Positions 28,648-37,040 of a stretch of 64,000 nt of DNA are shown in pieces; the first letter of the stretch is position 1; every line of letters starts with the position of its first letter. The position numbers and the translations under genes were made by a program. The notes below the pieces were generated by a model that was not told the DNA's origin, did no database searches, and saw nothing but the letters and a program-made list of their open reading frames with translations. Origin of the DNA: Candidatus Hydrogenedentota bacterium (GTDB lineage Bacteria > Hydrogenedentota > Hydrogenedentia > Hydrogenedentales > SLHB01); NCBI GenBank assembly GCA_963668025.2, contig CAXXTH010000010.1, forward strand, positions 64,001-128,000, written 5' to 3'.

Positions 28648-30023
28648 GTCTTTTACACGAATGGCTCAACGTTACCGAGCGCTGGCGCGATGCTTTTGCC
28701 CAAGAGCGCACCACCGTGCGTGCGGTGCGGCAGGGACTTGGGTCACTGGTCTGTTTGGGGCGGCGCACAATCACGCGGACCCTTTGGGCCTGTGGTCGCG
28801 AGAATCTGCCGTGGCAGGCTGAATACCACATGTACGGCCGCGCCAAGTGGGACCCCCAGCAGCTCTTCGACCCTATTTGGGAAGGAGCCCTGCCCCAGTG
28901 TGAAGACCCGCTTGTAGGCGTCGCCGTCGATGATACCAAGCTGCACAAGACCGGCCGGTGCATTGTCCAGGCTTTTCATCAGCGCGACCCCCTGTCCCCG
29001 CCGTTCCACACCAATCTCATTCTGGGCCTGCGTTTCCTGCAGGCCTCCCTTCTCGTACCGCTTCACCAAGGCGGCGCCTTTAGTTGCCGCGCCTTGCCCG
29101 TGCGTTTCGAGGAGCCTTCCCCCGCCAAGAAGCCTGGCAAGCGCGCAAGCGAGGAGGAGTGGATGGCGTACAAGCAGCGCCGTAAAGAGAAGAACCTTTC
29201 AACCCATTGCGTGGCGATGATGGACTCCTTGCGCGCATCCCTCGACGCCGTCGGCGCCAGGGAGAAAACCTTGGTCATGGCCCTCGACGGCAGCTTTTGC
29301 AACCAGACCGTCTTCGGCGCTGAACGCGACCGCACCCACCTCATCGCCCGTGCCCGCAAGGACGCAGTCCTATGCTTTGGCGCTCCAGAGGGTTCGCGGC
29401 GTTTCTATGCCCAAGAAAAATTCACCCCCGAGCAAGTACGCCAGGACGATAGCATCCCCTGGAAGACTACGAAGCTATTCTACGGCGGCAAACGCCGCAA
29501 GGTCCGCTACAAGGAAATCAAGACCCTCTACTGGCAAGGCGGCGCGCGCCGTCTTCCCCTCCGCCTTTTCGCTATCGCTTCCACCCCCTACCGCAAGCGG
29601 AAAAGCAGTAAGCTTTATTACCGGCAACCAGCCTACCTTCTTTGTACCGACAGGGTTCACGCCGCACAGAGGCTGCTCCAGATCTACTTCGACCGCTGGC
29701 AGATTGAAGTCAACCATCGCGAGGAAAAGGACACCTTGGGCGTCGGACAAGCTCAGCTCTGGAACCCCAATGCCGTACCCAAGCAGCCCCCGCTTGCCGT
29801 CGCCGCCTACAGCGCATTGCTACTGGCCGCCATAAAAACCTTTGGCCCCGAACGAAATAGCGCATACGCCCCGCTGCCACGGTGGCGAAAACACGCCACA
29901 CGCCCATCGTGCCTCGCTCTCATCACTCTATTGAGAAAAGAGATGGACGAACAGCCCCATTTGCTCCGTCCACTCGGCATAGAAACCTCCAGAGCAACAA
30001 TGGCAAGCGCCGCGGCTGCTTAA
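28644..30023 (+). CDS. DDE transposase (IS701/IS4-like superfamily)
   Basis: VAVDDTKLHKTG, ALDGSF and YFDRWQIEVNHREEK motifs; near-identical partial second copy at 52028-52853. Confidence 0.85.
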   Translation: MSLLHEWLNVTERWRDAFAQERTTVRAVRQGLGSLVCLGRRTITRTLWACGRENLPWQAEYHMYGRAKWDPQQLFDPIWEGALPQCEDPLVGVAVDDTKLHKTGRCIVQAFHQRDPLSPPFHTNLILGLRFLQASLLVPLHQGGAFSCRALPVRFEEPSPAKKPGKRASEEEWMAYKQRRKEKNLSTHCVAMMDSLRASLDAVGAREKTLVMALDGSFCNQTVFGAERDRTHLIARARKDAVLCFGAPEGSRRFYAQEKFTPEQVRQDDSIPWKTTKLFYGGKRRKVRYKEIKTLYWQGGARRLPLRLFAIASTPYRKRKSSKLYYRQPAYLLCTDRVHAAQRLLQIYFDRWQIEVNHREEKDTLGVGQAQLWNPNAVPKQPPLAVAAYSALLLAAIKTFGPERNSAYAPLPRWRKHATRPSCLALITLLRKEMDEQPHLLRPLGIETSRATMASAAAA

Positions 30024-30040
30024 TAATGGAGAAACTCCAG

Positions 30041-30085
30041 GCATGGGCGTCCCGCCCATGCACATGGCCGGGACGGCCATGCTAC
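30041..30085. repeat. REP element, 5' GTA removed by IS insertion
   Basis: GCATGGGCGTCCCGCCCATG-C-ACATGGCCGGGACGGCCATGCTAC, a direct copy of 31892-31936 with one mismatch. Confidence 0.85.
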
Positions 30086-30088
30086 GAA

Positions 30089-31843
30089 CTAATTACCGCC
30101 TTCTTCCGATGATTGGCCAACCTTTGGCTCAGGTATGTTATTCCACTTTCTTATCTCACCCACTACCTTCTGGATTCTTTCCTCTAGATCATAGCACCCA
30201 GCTAGATCGTTTTTTTCGAGGCATGATACGATCTTCTCCGCGTAGAATGGTTTCTTTCTTCCGAAAGACTTCCCTTTCCCAGGAATCTTTTCGTCTAGCC
30301 ACTCGAAAACACTATCATATTGACCTGGCGGTTCGGCGTCGCCAATTTCCGGAAATACATTCTGTAGGGATGACAAAGGGATGTAGTTCTCAATCTCACG
30401 GCCTTCCGTAACCCAGCAAATACCCCCGCAGTTTTTCACCTCTTTGATAATCCGCTCTTTGGTCGCATTCAGTTTATCTTCTGCACTTTTTTTATCACTA
30501 TCGATAAGCAAAGCATTATTCCTGTTCACTTGAAACAATTGTATCCCGTTTGACTCTTCGTCTGGAGTATCTGACAAATGGGCTAGAAGACGTCCCCCAT
30601 AAAACACGATCTGATAATGAAGACCTTCGCTGAGTTTCCCTTCGGAATACAGCTCAATCCATTTGCTGAGATAAATGCGGTCAGATGGCCCTTCCACCCA
30701 TATGATCCCGTTAGCTTGAAGCAAGTCACTTGCCCTAACGTCTAGGTCATCCAGGATCCCGTTGGTCTCAATATATGTTTTTACAGGACGCGCCGTTGCC
30801 TTTTCGGAATCATGTGTTACATGAATTATCTGAGCTTCTTTGTCCTGATTTAGTACATCTATCATTACATTAGAGTGAGTAGTCAAAAACAAGAGGAAAT
30901 TCTCTTCCTTGGCTTTAGCGGTAAGGTAAGATAAAAGTCTTCTCAAAAGCGATGGATGAAGGTTATTCTCCAACTCCTCAAATGCAAAAATGTAATCAGA
31001 AAGGCTTTTATTTTTTGTTTTTGGTAGTAGTAATATAAAACTCAAAACAATTATTATGGTTTTGAGCCCACTTCCTGTTTTTGAAAGTGCGATTCGTCCC
31101 TTAGTCTTCTCCTCAAGGAATATTTCCCATTTCGTGCCATTCTCTTCCCTGTCATGAATTTGGCATACAACTCTTTGAAATACGCTGTCTGGAAAGCAAA
31201 TCCTGTTAAGTGCATATAGAAAATCCGATTCTACCCATGAACGGTCAAATTTAATACTATTTATAATATTTTGTATTTCATTTGTAACACCGACTCCATA
31301 TCCATCTATATCGGTATGATTAAACTTATCTTCAGGAATTATGTTTCTCTCGGCAAATACTCGTTGAAAAATCTTCCCTTGAAAAGGATTAGAAACATGC
31401 TGAGCCAAAGCTTGCTTGAAACTATCGCCTCCTTGTATTTCCGATAGAGACACTACTCCAGAAGGTTCTTCGATATCTAAGAAACGTGAGTCTTTTTTCG
31501 ATGTCAAAACAACCGATATTTTGCAGTCAACAAAATGCTTTCCATACTCCCAATGATCGCGTTCTTGAATTCCGCCACCAAACCTGCCAGAAGGAAACAC
31601 TACCTTTATAGCCTGCTCCGATAATGGTGTTTGAAGAATGAGCTTCGGGGAGATCTTTTTATGTTTGACTGACTCTTCAAATTGATTAGACTCTTTTGTC
31701 GCGAGCTCAATAATGTCGAGCAATGCAGACTTTCCTGAGTTATTTCTGCCAATGATGAGATTGATCCTCGCGATTTTATCGAATCCGCAAGGCTCTTCGC
31801 CAAAGCACTTATAATTCGAGATCTTCAAAGAGGAATTGAGCAT
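30089..31843 (-). CDS. OLD-family ABC ATPase-TOPRIM nuclease (candidate defence protein)
   Basis: GRNNSGKS Walker A, GSG signature, FEELENNLHP Walker B, TTHS, TOPRIM VEGPSD and DSD, EIENY; visibly AT-rich. Confidence 0.85.
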   Translation of the reverse strand: MLNSSLKISNYKCFGEEPCGFDKIARINLIIGRNNSGKSALLDIIELATKESNQFEESVKHKKISPKLILQTPLSEQAIKVVFPSGRFGGGIQERDHWEYGKHFVDCKISVVLTSKKDSRFLDIEEPSGVVSLSEIQGGDSFKQALAQHVSNPFQGKIFQRVFAERNIIPEDKFNHTDIDGYGVGVTNEIQNIINSIKFDRSWVESDFLYALNRICFPDSVFQRVVCQIHDREENGTKWEIFLEEKTKGRIALSKTGSGLKTIIIVLSFILLLPKTKNKSLSDYIFAFEELENNLHPSLLRRLLSYLTAKAKEENFLLFLTTHSNVMIDVLNQDKEAQIIHVTHDSEKATARPVKTYIETNGILDDLDVRASDLLQANGIIWVEGPSDRIYLSKWIELYSEGKLSEGLHYQIVFYGGRLLAHLSDTPDEESNGIQLFQVNRNNALLIDSDKKSAEDKLNATKERIIKEVKNCGGICWVTEGREIENYIPLSSLQNVFPEIGDAEPPGQYDSVFEWLDEKIPGKGKSFGRKKPFYAEKIVSCLEKNDLAGCYDLEERIQKVVGEIRKWNNIPEPKVGQSSEEGGN

Positions 31844-31888
31844 GGTATCCTCCATTCTCCATCACACGAAAGAACATGAAGTGAAACC

Positions 31889-31936
31889 GTAGCATGGGCG
31901 TCCCGCCCATGAACATGGCCGGGACGGCCATGCTAC
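31889..31936. repeat. REP element with GTAG...CTAC ends and two internal hairpins
   Basis: GTAGCATGGGCGTCCCGCCCATGAACATGGCCGGGACGGCCATGCTAC. Confidence 0.85.
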
Positions 31937-32003
31937 GAGACATGATAATGTAGCAAGTCTCATAAGATTTCAACTCATTATCACTTGTATGTTTACCCCC
32001 TAT

Positions 32004-33227
32004 TCACCCTACCCGCTCCAGCACGCACACCACTTCCGTGTGTGGGGTGTGGGGGAAGAGGTCGATGGCTTCGATGGACTGGATGCGGTAGTGTTCGAGG
32101 AATGCGGGCATTTCGTCGCGGGCGAGGATGAGGGGCTTGCAGGCGATGTAGATGATGCGGGGCGGACGGAGTTCGATGAGGCGGCGGAGGGCTTTCGGGT
32201 GGTTGCCCGCGCGCGGGGGATCGGCGATCACGATGCTGTCGTCCTCGAATGTGGGGCGTTTCAGCAGTTCCCATTTGAGGTAGTTTTTGACTTTGTCGGT
32301 GATGAACTCGATGGGGGGCGCGCCGTTCATGGCGGCGTTGTGGCGGCCGTCTTCGGAGGCCGCAGCCACTTCCTCGACGGACACCATGCGGCCCGCCACG
32401 TCGGCGCACGCGAGGGCGATGCCGCCGGAGCCGCCGTAAAGGTCGTAGAGGACGGAGGGCTTGTGGGGGGCCACGTGGCGGCGGATGAGGCTGTAGAGGC
32501 GTTCGGTGGCGAGGGTGTTGGTCTGGAAGAATCCGAAGGGCGAGATGCGGAACCGCAAGCGCCGTTCGCCGGACTCGGTGGGGATGTGGAGCTCTTCGTG
32601 GATGTATGGGGAGCCGTAGAGCGTTTCGCTCGATTCGGCGAAGGCCACGCCCGCGGTGCTTTGGGTGACGGCGCGGTGGATGCTGGTGGCCGGGTAGGCG
32701 CGGAGGACGGCGTCGACGAACGATTGGCCGTCGATATCGCCTTCGCCGGTGATGAGGACGGCCATGCGCTCGCCCGTGCGGCGGCCTTCGCGCACGAGGA
32801 GGTTCTTGAGCAGGCCCACGTGGGTGCGCGTGTCGAAACCGTCGAGATGCTGGGTGCGCGCCCAGGCGCGGACGGCCTCGAGCAACGGGCCTAGTCCTTC
32901 CGGGGCGATATGGCATTCCTGAATATCGAGCTGGTGGAACCAGCGGCCTTTGCGTTTGAAGCCCAGGACGGTCTCGCGGACGAAATCCTTGGGCGGGGGC
33001 GTGTCGTAATAGCGCCGCCCGAAGTTGAGGTCCACCTTGTTGCGGTAGTGCCATAGCACGGGAGACGGTTCGACGGGTATAGGCGCGTCCCAATGGGCGG
33101 CGAACAATTCTTGTAGGGCGGCGGCTTTGCGATGAAGCTGTTCCTCGTAGGGGATGTCCTGCGCGGCGCAGCCGCCGCATTCGCCGAAATGAGGGCACAA
33201 GGGGGCGTGTGATGTGTGGCTGTTCAT
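32004..33227 (-). CDS. rlmD: 23S rRNA (uracil-C5)-methyltransferase, RlmD/TrmA family
   Basis: CPHFGECGGC, YRNK, FFQTN, DPPRAG and DLFPHTPHTE motifs. Confidence 0.85.
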   Translation of the reverse strand: MNSHTSHAPLCPHFGECGGCAAQDIPYEEQLHRKAAALQELFAAHWDAPIPVEPSPVLWHYRNKVDLNFGRRYYDTPPPKDFVRETVLGFKRKGRWFHQLDIQECHIAPEGLGPLLEAVRAWARTQHLDGFDTRTHVGLLKNLLVREGRRTGERMAVLITGEGDIDGQSFVDAVLRAYPATSIHRAVTQSTAGVAFAESSETLYGSPYIHEELHIPTESGERRLRFRISPFGFFQTNTLATERLYSLIRRHVAPHKPSVLYDLYGGSGGIALACADVAGRMVSVEEVAAASEDGRHNAAMNGAPPIEFITDKVKNYLKWELLKRPTFEDDSIVIADPPRAGNHPKALRRLIELRPPRIIYIACKPLILARDEMPAFLEHYRIQSIEAIDLFPHTPHTEVVCVLERVG

Positions 33228-33254
33228 CTGTTTTCCTTGAATGTTAACCGATTT

Positions 33255-33390
33255 CTGGGGACCCTTTCTTTCGGAGAAAGGGTTCCCCAGCCCCCTCCCA
33301 AAGAACTCGGTTTTGCGCTTCGCGAAGCGAAAACAGAAGTTTTTAGAAAGGGGTGCGGGGGAAACCTTTTTCCAAAAAGGTTTCCCCCGC
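33255..33390. repeat. Nested palindromic REP-like unit with three hairpins
   Basis: Hairpins at 33255-33290, 33310-33334 and 33355-33390; the outer two resemble each other in inverted orientation. Confidence 0.7.
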
Positions 33391-33407
33391 GCGCTACTCA
33401 CCATTAT

Positions 33408-34202
33408 TTAACGCACCGTCACAAACGGCCGGATGGCCTCGAGGCGTTTCGGGCCGATGCCGCTGACTTGCGAGAGGTCTTCGACACTTTGGAAAGGCTG
33501 GCCGCTCCGGTATTGGATGATGCGGCTGGCCAAGCCTTCGCCGATGCCGGGCAGCGTGGACAATTCCTCGGCGCTGGCGTGGTTGAGGTCAATTAATCCT
33601 TTGGCGGCGCCAGATGCCGCTTGCGGCGCACCGCTAGCGGCGGGCGTAGCGGCGCTGGTTTCGCGGGCGTAGCGCCAGCCGGAAATGGTGTATTCAGGCG
33701 GATTCACCGTGGGCGCGGGATAGGCGAACGGATGGCGCTGCGGGTCTTGGCGTTCGGGAACCTGAAGCGTCGAGGCGTCGATGAGCCGCGCGGCGAGATT
33801 GATGTCGCGCAAATCCGCGATGTCGAGTGCGCCTCCGGCGTCATCAATGGCGTCCTGCACGCGCGCGCCTTCCGCGAAGTGGTAGACGCCCGGCTTGCGC
33901 ACTGCGCCGGTAACGGATATGGCCATCGGAGCCGCATCGGCCTTTGGAGGTTCTTCTGGCGGAACCGGGGCGATGGCGGGCGCAAGATTTTCAACGACAG
34001 TAGGGGCCGGAGGTTTCGGAGCCGGAGGTGGAACGGTAGCGGCAGCAACGCTTTCCGCTTTAATTGGAAGCACCACTTCAGCCGCCTCCGGCGTATCTTT
34101 GCCCGGATACCGGATATACAGCGCCACCGCCCCAAGTAGAATGGAGCCCGCGAAGGCGATTAGGACGAATTGTTCTTTCACCGTCAATAGACGGCTCAAC
34201 AT
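33408..34202 (-). CDS. comEA: ComEA family DNA-binding protein
   Basis: N-terminal TM segment, SLBB domain (VTGAVRKPGVY...DINLA), HhH motifs LPGIGE and VSGIGPK. Confidence 0.9.
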   Translation of the reverse strand: MLSRLLTVKEQFVLIAFAGSILLGAVALYIRYPGKDTPEAAEVVLPIKAESVAAATVPPPAPKPPAPTVVENLAPAIAPVPPEEPPKADAAPMAISVTGAVRKPGVYHFAEGARVQDAIDDAGGALDIADLRDINLAARLIDASTLQVPERQDPQRHPFAYPAPTVNPPEYTISGWRYARETSAATPAASGAPQAASGAAKGLIDLNHASAEELSTLPGIGEGLASRIIQYRSGQPFQSVEDLSQVSGIGPKRLEAIRPFVTVR

Positions 34203-34272
34203 AGCGCCACCCCCCACGCCTTTGCGGTATAGCGAACCGCTCTTCCATCACCACCGGCGCATGCGCAAACGC

Positions 34273-34458
34273 TCACTCATCCTGCGGTTTCTTTTCCTCT
34301 TCCTTCTTCTCGCCGTCCTTGTTTGCGGTTTTCAGTCCTTCTTTAAACTCATTGAGGGCCGAACCCATGGAACGCGCGAGAGAAGGCAGTTTGGAGCTGC
34401 CAAAGAGCAACAAAATGATGAACAGGATAATGAGGAGTTCTTTTATGCCGAAGCCCAT
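34273..34458 (-). CDS. tatA: Twin-arginine translocase TatA
   Basis: ELLIILFIILLLFGSSKLPSLARSMG...EFK. Confidence 0.9.
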   Translation of the reverse strand: MGFGIKELLIILFIILLLFGSSKLPSLARSMGSALNEFKEGLKTANKDGEKKEEEKKPQDE

Positions 34459-34578
34459 ATCGGTTTATCCTTACAAGTTGCGGTTATAAGATAAACAAAA
34501 TACCATAAGTAGAGTATACTCGGACCCGAAAAGCAGCGCAACACGGCATACGCGGGTGCATCTAGGAGGCAATGAATC

Positions 34579-36036
34579 GTGCAGACACGCCCCAGTTTGG
34601 CGGATGGCAAACACGCAATGGCAAATCCCATATGGGGTGTGAAGCTGCAAACACGCATCGGATTATCATTATGCTATCTGCTAGGACTGGCCCATTGGGT
34701 ATTTTTCTTTTATGATCCGCATTCGGATGGGATGGCCGCTTGCACGGCTTTGGACTGGCCTCTTGCGATGAAATATCAGGGCGTGTTGCGCGATGCGCTC
34801 ATGACGTTCCACATGCCGTATTTCATGACGTTTACACATTATACGGACGCTTTCTGGGGCCACTTGGAAACGCCCTTGTCCCCGCAATTTTTGTTGGTTC
34901 CGCTGCTCCAATACCCTTGGTTCAATCTGGTGAACGTGTGCCTGCTCTACACGGTGAGTTTCGGCGGGCTGCTCTTGCTCCGGCGGCGTTACCGGTTATC
35001 GGCCATGCCATTTTTCTTGTTGTTTTTGCTTTTTAGTTTCAATGGCTACCTGGTGTCGCATGTGGCCGTGGGACATGTCATGTGGTATGGCTGCTTCTTC
35101 TTGCCATTCTTCTACCTTATAGTCCTGCAAATACTGGAACAACCTTTTTCGGAACGCCTTAGCCTGGGGCTTGCGCTGATTTTGCTGCTGATGCTGTTGC
35201 AAGGCTCGTTTCACGTGGTGATGTGGTGCGGGCTATTCTTGGCGGCGTTGGGCGTCATACGCCCACGAATCCTGCCTTCCCTGGCGTATGCAGGGCTGGC
35301 GCTCGCGCTCGCGTCGATGTTCAAACTCGCTCCCGGCGCGATGTGCCTGCGCCACACCGATTTGACCGTACAGCCCGGCTTCCAGTCGTTGACGGCGCTG
35401 CTCGATGCCTGCACACGCCTGCCCCGGTTCACTTCGGAAAATCTTTATGAATATGGATTAGGCAATCCGCCATGGGAGTTCGATTGCTACACCGGGCTCG
35501 TGGGATTTGGATTACTGGTGTTTTTCACCGTTCTTCCACGGCGGCACACCGGGGAAGACGGCCCGCCGCTCTTGCCGCTGTATTTCGCGAGCCTGTTCAT
35601 GGTTGTGCTGGCGTCCAGCGCCGCCTATCCGCTCTTTCAGCGGATACTGCACCCATTGCTGGATTCCCAGCGCATGCCCGCGCGTTTTATCGTGATGCCG
35701 CTCACCATGTGCATCCTATTGGCGGCAATCCGCATGCAAGGATATTTGGATACCTGCAAACCCGGCCCGGCCACCCGGCGTTGTTTGTGGATTGGCTTGG
35801 GATTGCTCGGGCTCGAATTGGCCGCCCATTCGAGATTATGGCGAGTGGCGCATGTGGACGCTTTTCCCTGGGAGGAGATTCTATTCAACGCCATCCCTGC
35901 TTCAATTAAGCCCATTCCCGATACGCCGGAGGCCTGGGCGTATGTCTGGGCGGTGCGGATAGGAGCCGTAATTTCTTTCCTGGCTATATTGTTCTTCGTG
36001 ATACGTTTTATAAAGGCAAACAAGCGGGCAGCCTGA
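34579..36036 (+). CDS. Multi-pass membrane protein, possibly GT-C/YfhO-like; start uncertain
   Basis: Many hydrophobic segments; FSFNGY...VGH, WEFDCY and RMPARF motifs. Confidence 0.55.
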   Translation: MQTRPSLADGKHAMANPIWGVKLQTRIGLSLCYLLGLAHWVFFFYDPHSDGMAACTALDWPLAMKYQGVLRDALMTFHMPYFMTFTHYTDAFWGHLETPLSPQFLLVPLLQYPWFNLVNVCLLYTVSFGGLLLLRRRYRLSAMPFFLLFLLFSFNGYLVSHVAVGHVMWYGCFFLPFFYLIVLQILEQPFSERLSLGLALILLLMLLQGSFHVVMWCGLFLAALGVIRPRILPSLAYAGLALALASMFKLAPGAMCLRHTDLTVQPGFQSLTALLDACTRLPRFTSENLYEYGLGNPPWEFDCYTGLVGFGLLVFFTVLPRRHTGEDGPPLLPLYFASLFMVVLASSAAYPLFQRILHPLLDSQRMPARFIVMPLTMCILLAAIRMQGYLDTCKPGPATRRCLWIGLGLLGLELAAHSRLWRVAHVDAFPWEEILFNAIPASIKPIPDTPEAWAYVWAVRIGAVISFLAILFFVIRFIKANKRAA

Positions 36037-36048
36037 TGAAAGCGGCTT

Positions 36049-36930
36049 CTATTCGCGGCGTATCAGCGTCTTCTGTTGGCGGCCCGAGCCGGGAGCATGG
36101 CCGGTGAACCGCTTATACACTCGTGAGAGGGAATAGGGCGTGGAATACCCCACCATGTCCGCGATTTCCGCCAGCGAATACATACCCAGCCCAAGTAATT
36201 CGGTGGTGCGTTGCATGCGCAGCCGGGTCAATACCTCCATCGGCCGTTCGCCGTGGTGCTTGGCCACCAGCCGGTAGAGGGTGGGCACGGAGCAATGGAT
36301 CTTTTTAGCCATTTCCTCGACCCGCCAGGGATGGCTTAAATCCGCCAGCACGCTCACCCACAATTGATATAACGCGCCTTGGCCGTGCGGATTGTCGAAG
36401 AACTGGAATTCCCGGCGCAGATACGCGCAAATCAACTGGCTGTAACTCAGGGCAGCCGCCGTGCTTTCCAGCGCGGACAATGTGGACTCGATAATGTATC
36501 CATCCATGAGCCATACCAGGCGCTGGGCGAATTGAGCGCGAACCTTGTGGACGGGATAGCCATTTAAAAAAGACCACGCCTTGGTATCCCAAAAATGAAA
36601 CCAGCAGCATTCCCATATCGGATCGGGGAAATACTGGTGCGGCTGGTGCGCCGGGCAGATCAGCAAATCCCCTATCTGCAGATTTCCTTCACCTCCTTCA
36701 TACAGAAAACGGGCCTGGCCACCCAATGAAAATAGGACCACGTGCTCGTCATGCGCCTGGGTGCGGTTGGCAATATAGGGAGACACCATGTGGCTAATGC
36801 CGCCTAATGCGACGCCAAGCTCTTGCAGCGGTTGAGCCTGTGCGCCGGACATGGACAAGAACCGCTCCTTGGTCAGATCCGTCATTCTGACAAAATCGGA
36901 TATGGGATTGATAGTTTCAACCATCGACAT
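36049..36930 (-). CDS. AraC family transcriptional regulator
   Basis: N-terminal cupin; C-terminal SLAEIADMVGYSTPYSLSRVYKRFTGHAP. Confidence 0.9.
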   Translation of the reverse strand: MSMVETINPISDFVRMTDLTKERFLSMSGAQAQPLQELGVALGGISHMVSPYIANRTQAHDEHVVLFSLGGQARFLYEGGEGNLQIGDLLICPAHQPHQYFPDPIWECCWFHFWDTKAWSFLNGYPVHKVRAQFAQRLVWLMDGYIIESTLSALESTAAALSYSQLICAYLRREFQFFDNPHGQGALYQLWVSVLADLSHPWRVEEMAKKIHCSVPTLYRLVAKHHGERPMEVLTRLRMQRTTELLGLGMYSLAEIADMVGYSTPYSLSRVYKRFTGHAPGSGRQQKTLIRRE

Positions 36931-37040
36931 ATTCCCGCCACGGCCATATAATAACCCTGATCTTTACGGCCTAAAGACTATTCCGCCATTACTATCGCTG
37001 AACCGATACCTGGAATCAAATGATAAGGATGGAAAATGCG

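Larger units (their letters stand above)
28348..30040 (+). mobile_element. IS701-like element, copy 1 (right end AATGGAGAAACTCCAG; left end not found)
   Basis: Identity with copy 2 stops at CTCCAG(G). Confidence 0.7.

Noticed and set aside
30041-31936. Integron attC sites
   Set aside because: The repeats end GTAG...CTAC rather than RYYYAAC...GTTRRRY, and no integrase is present.
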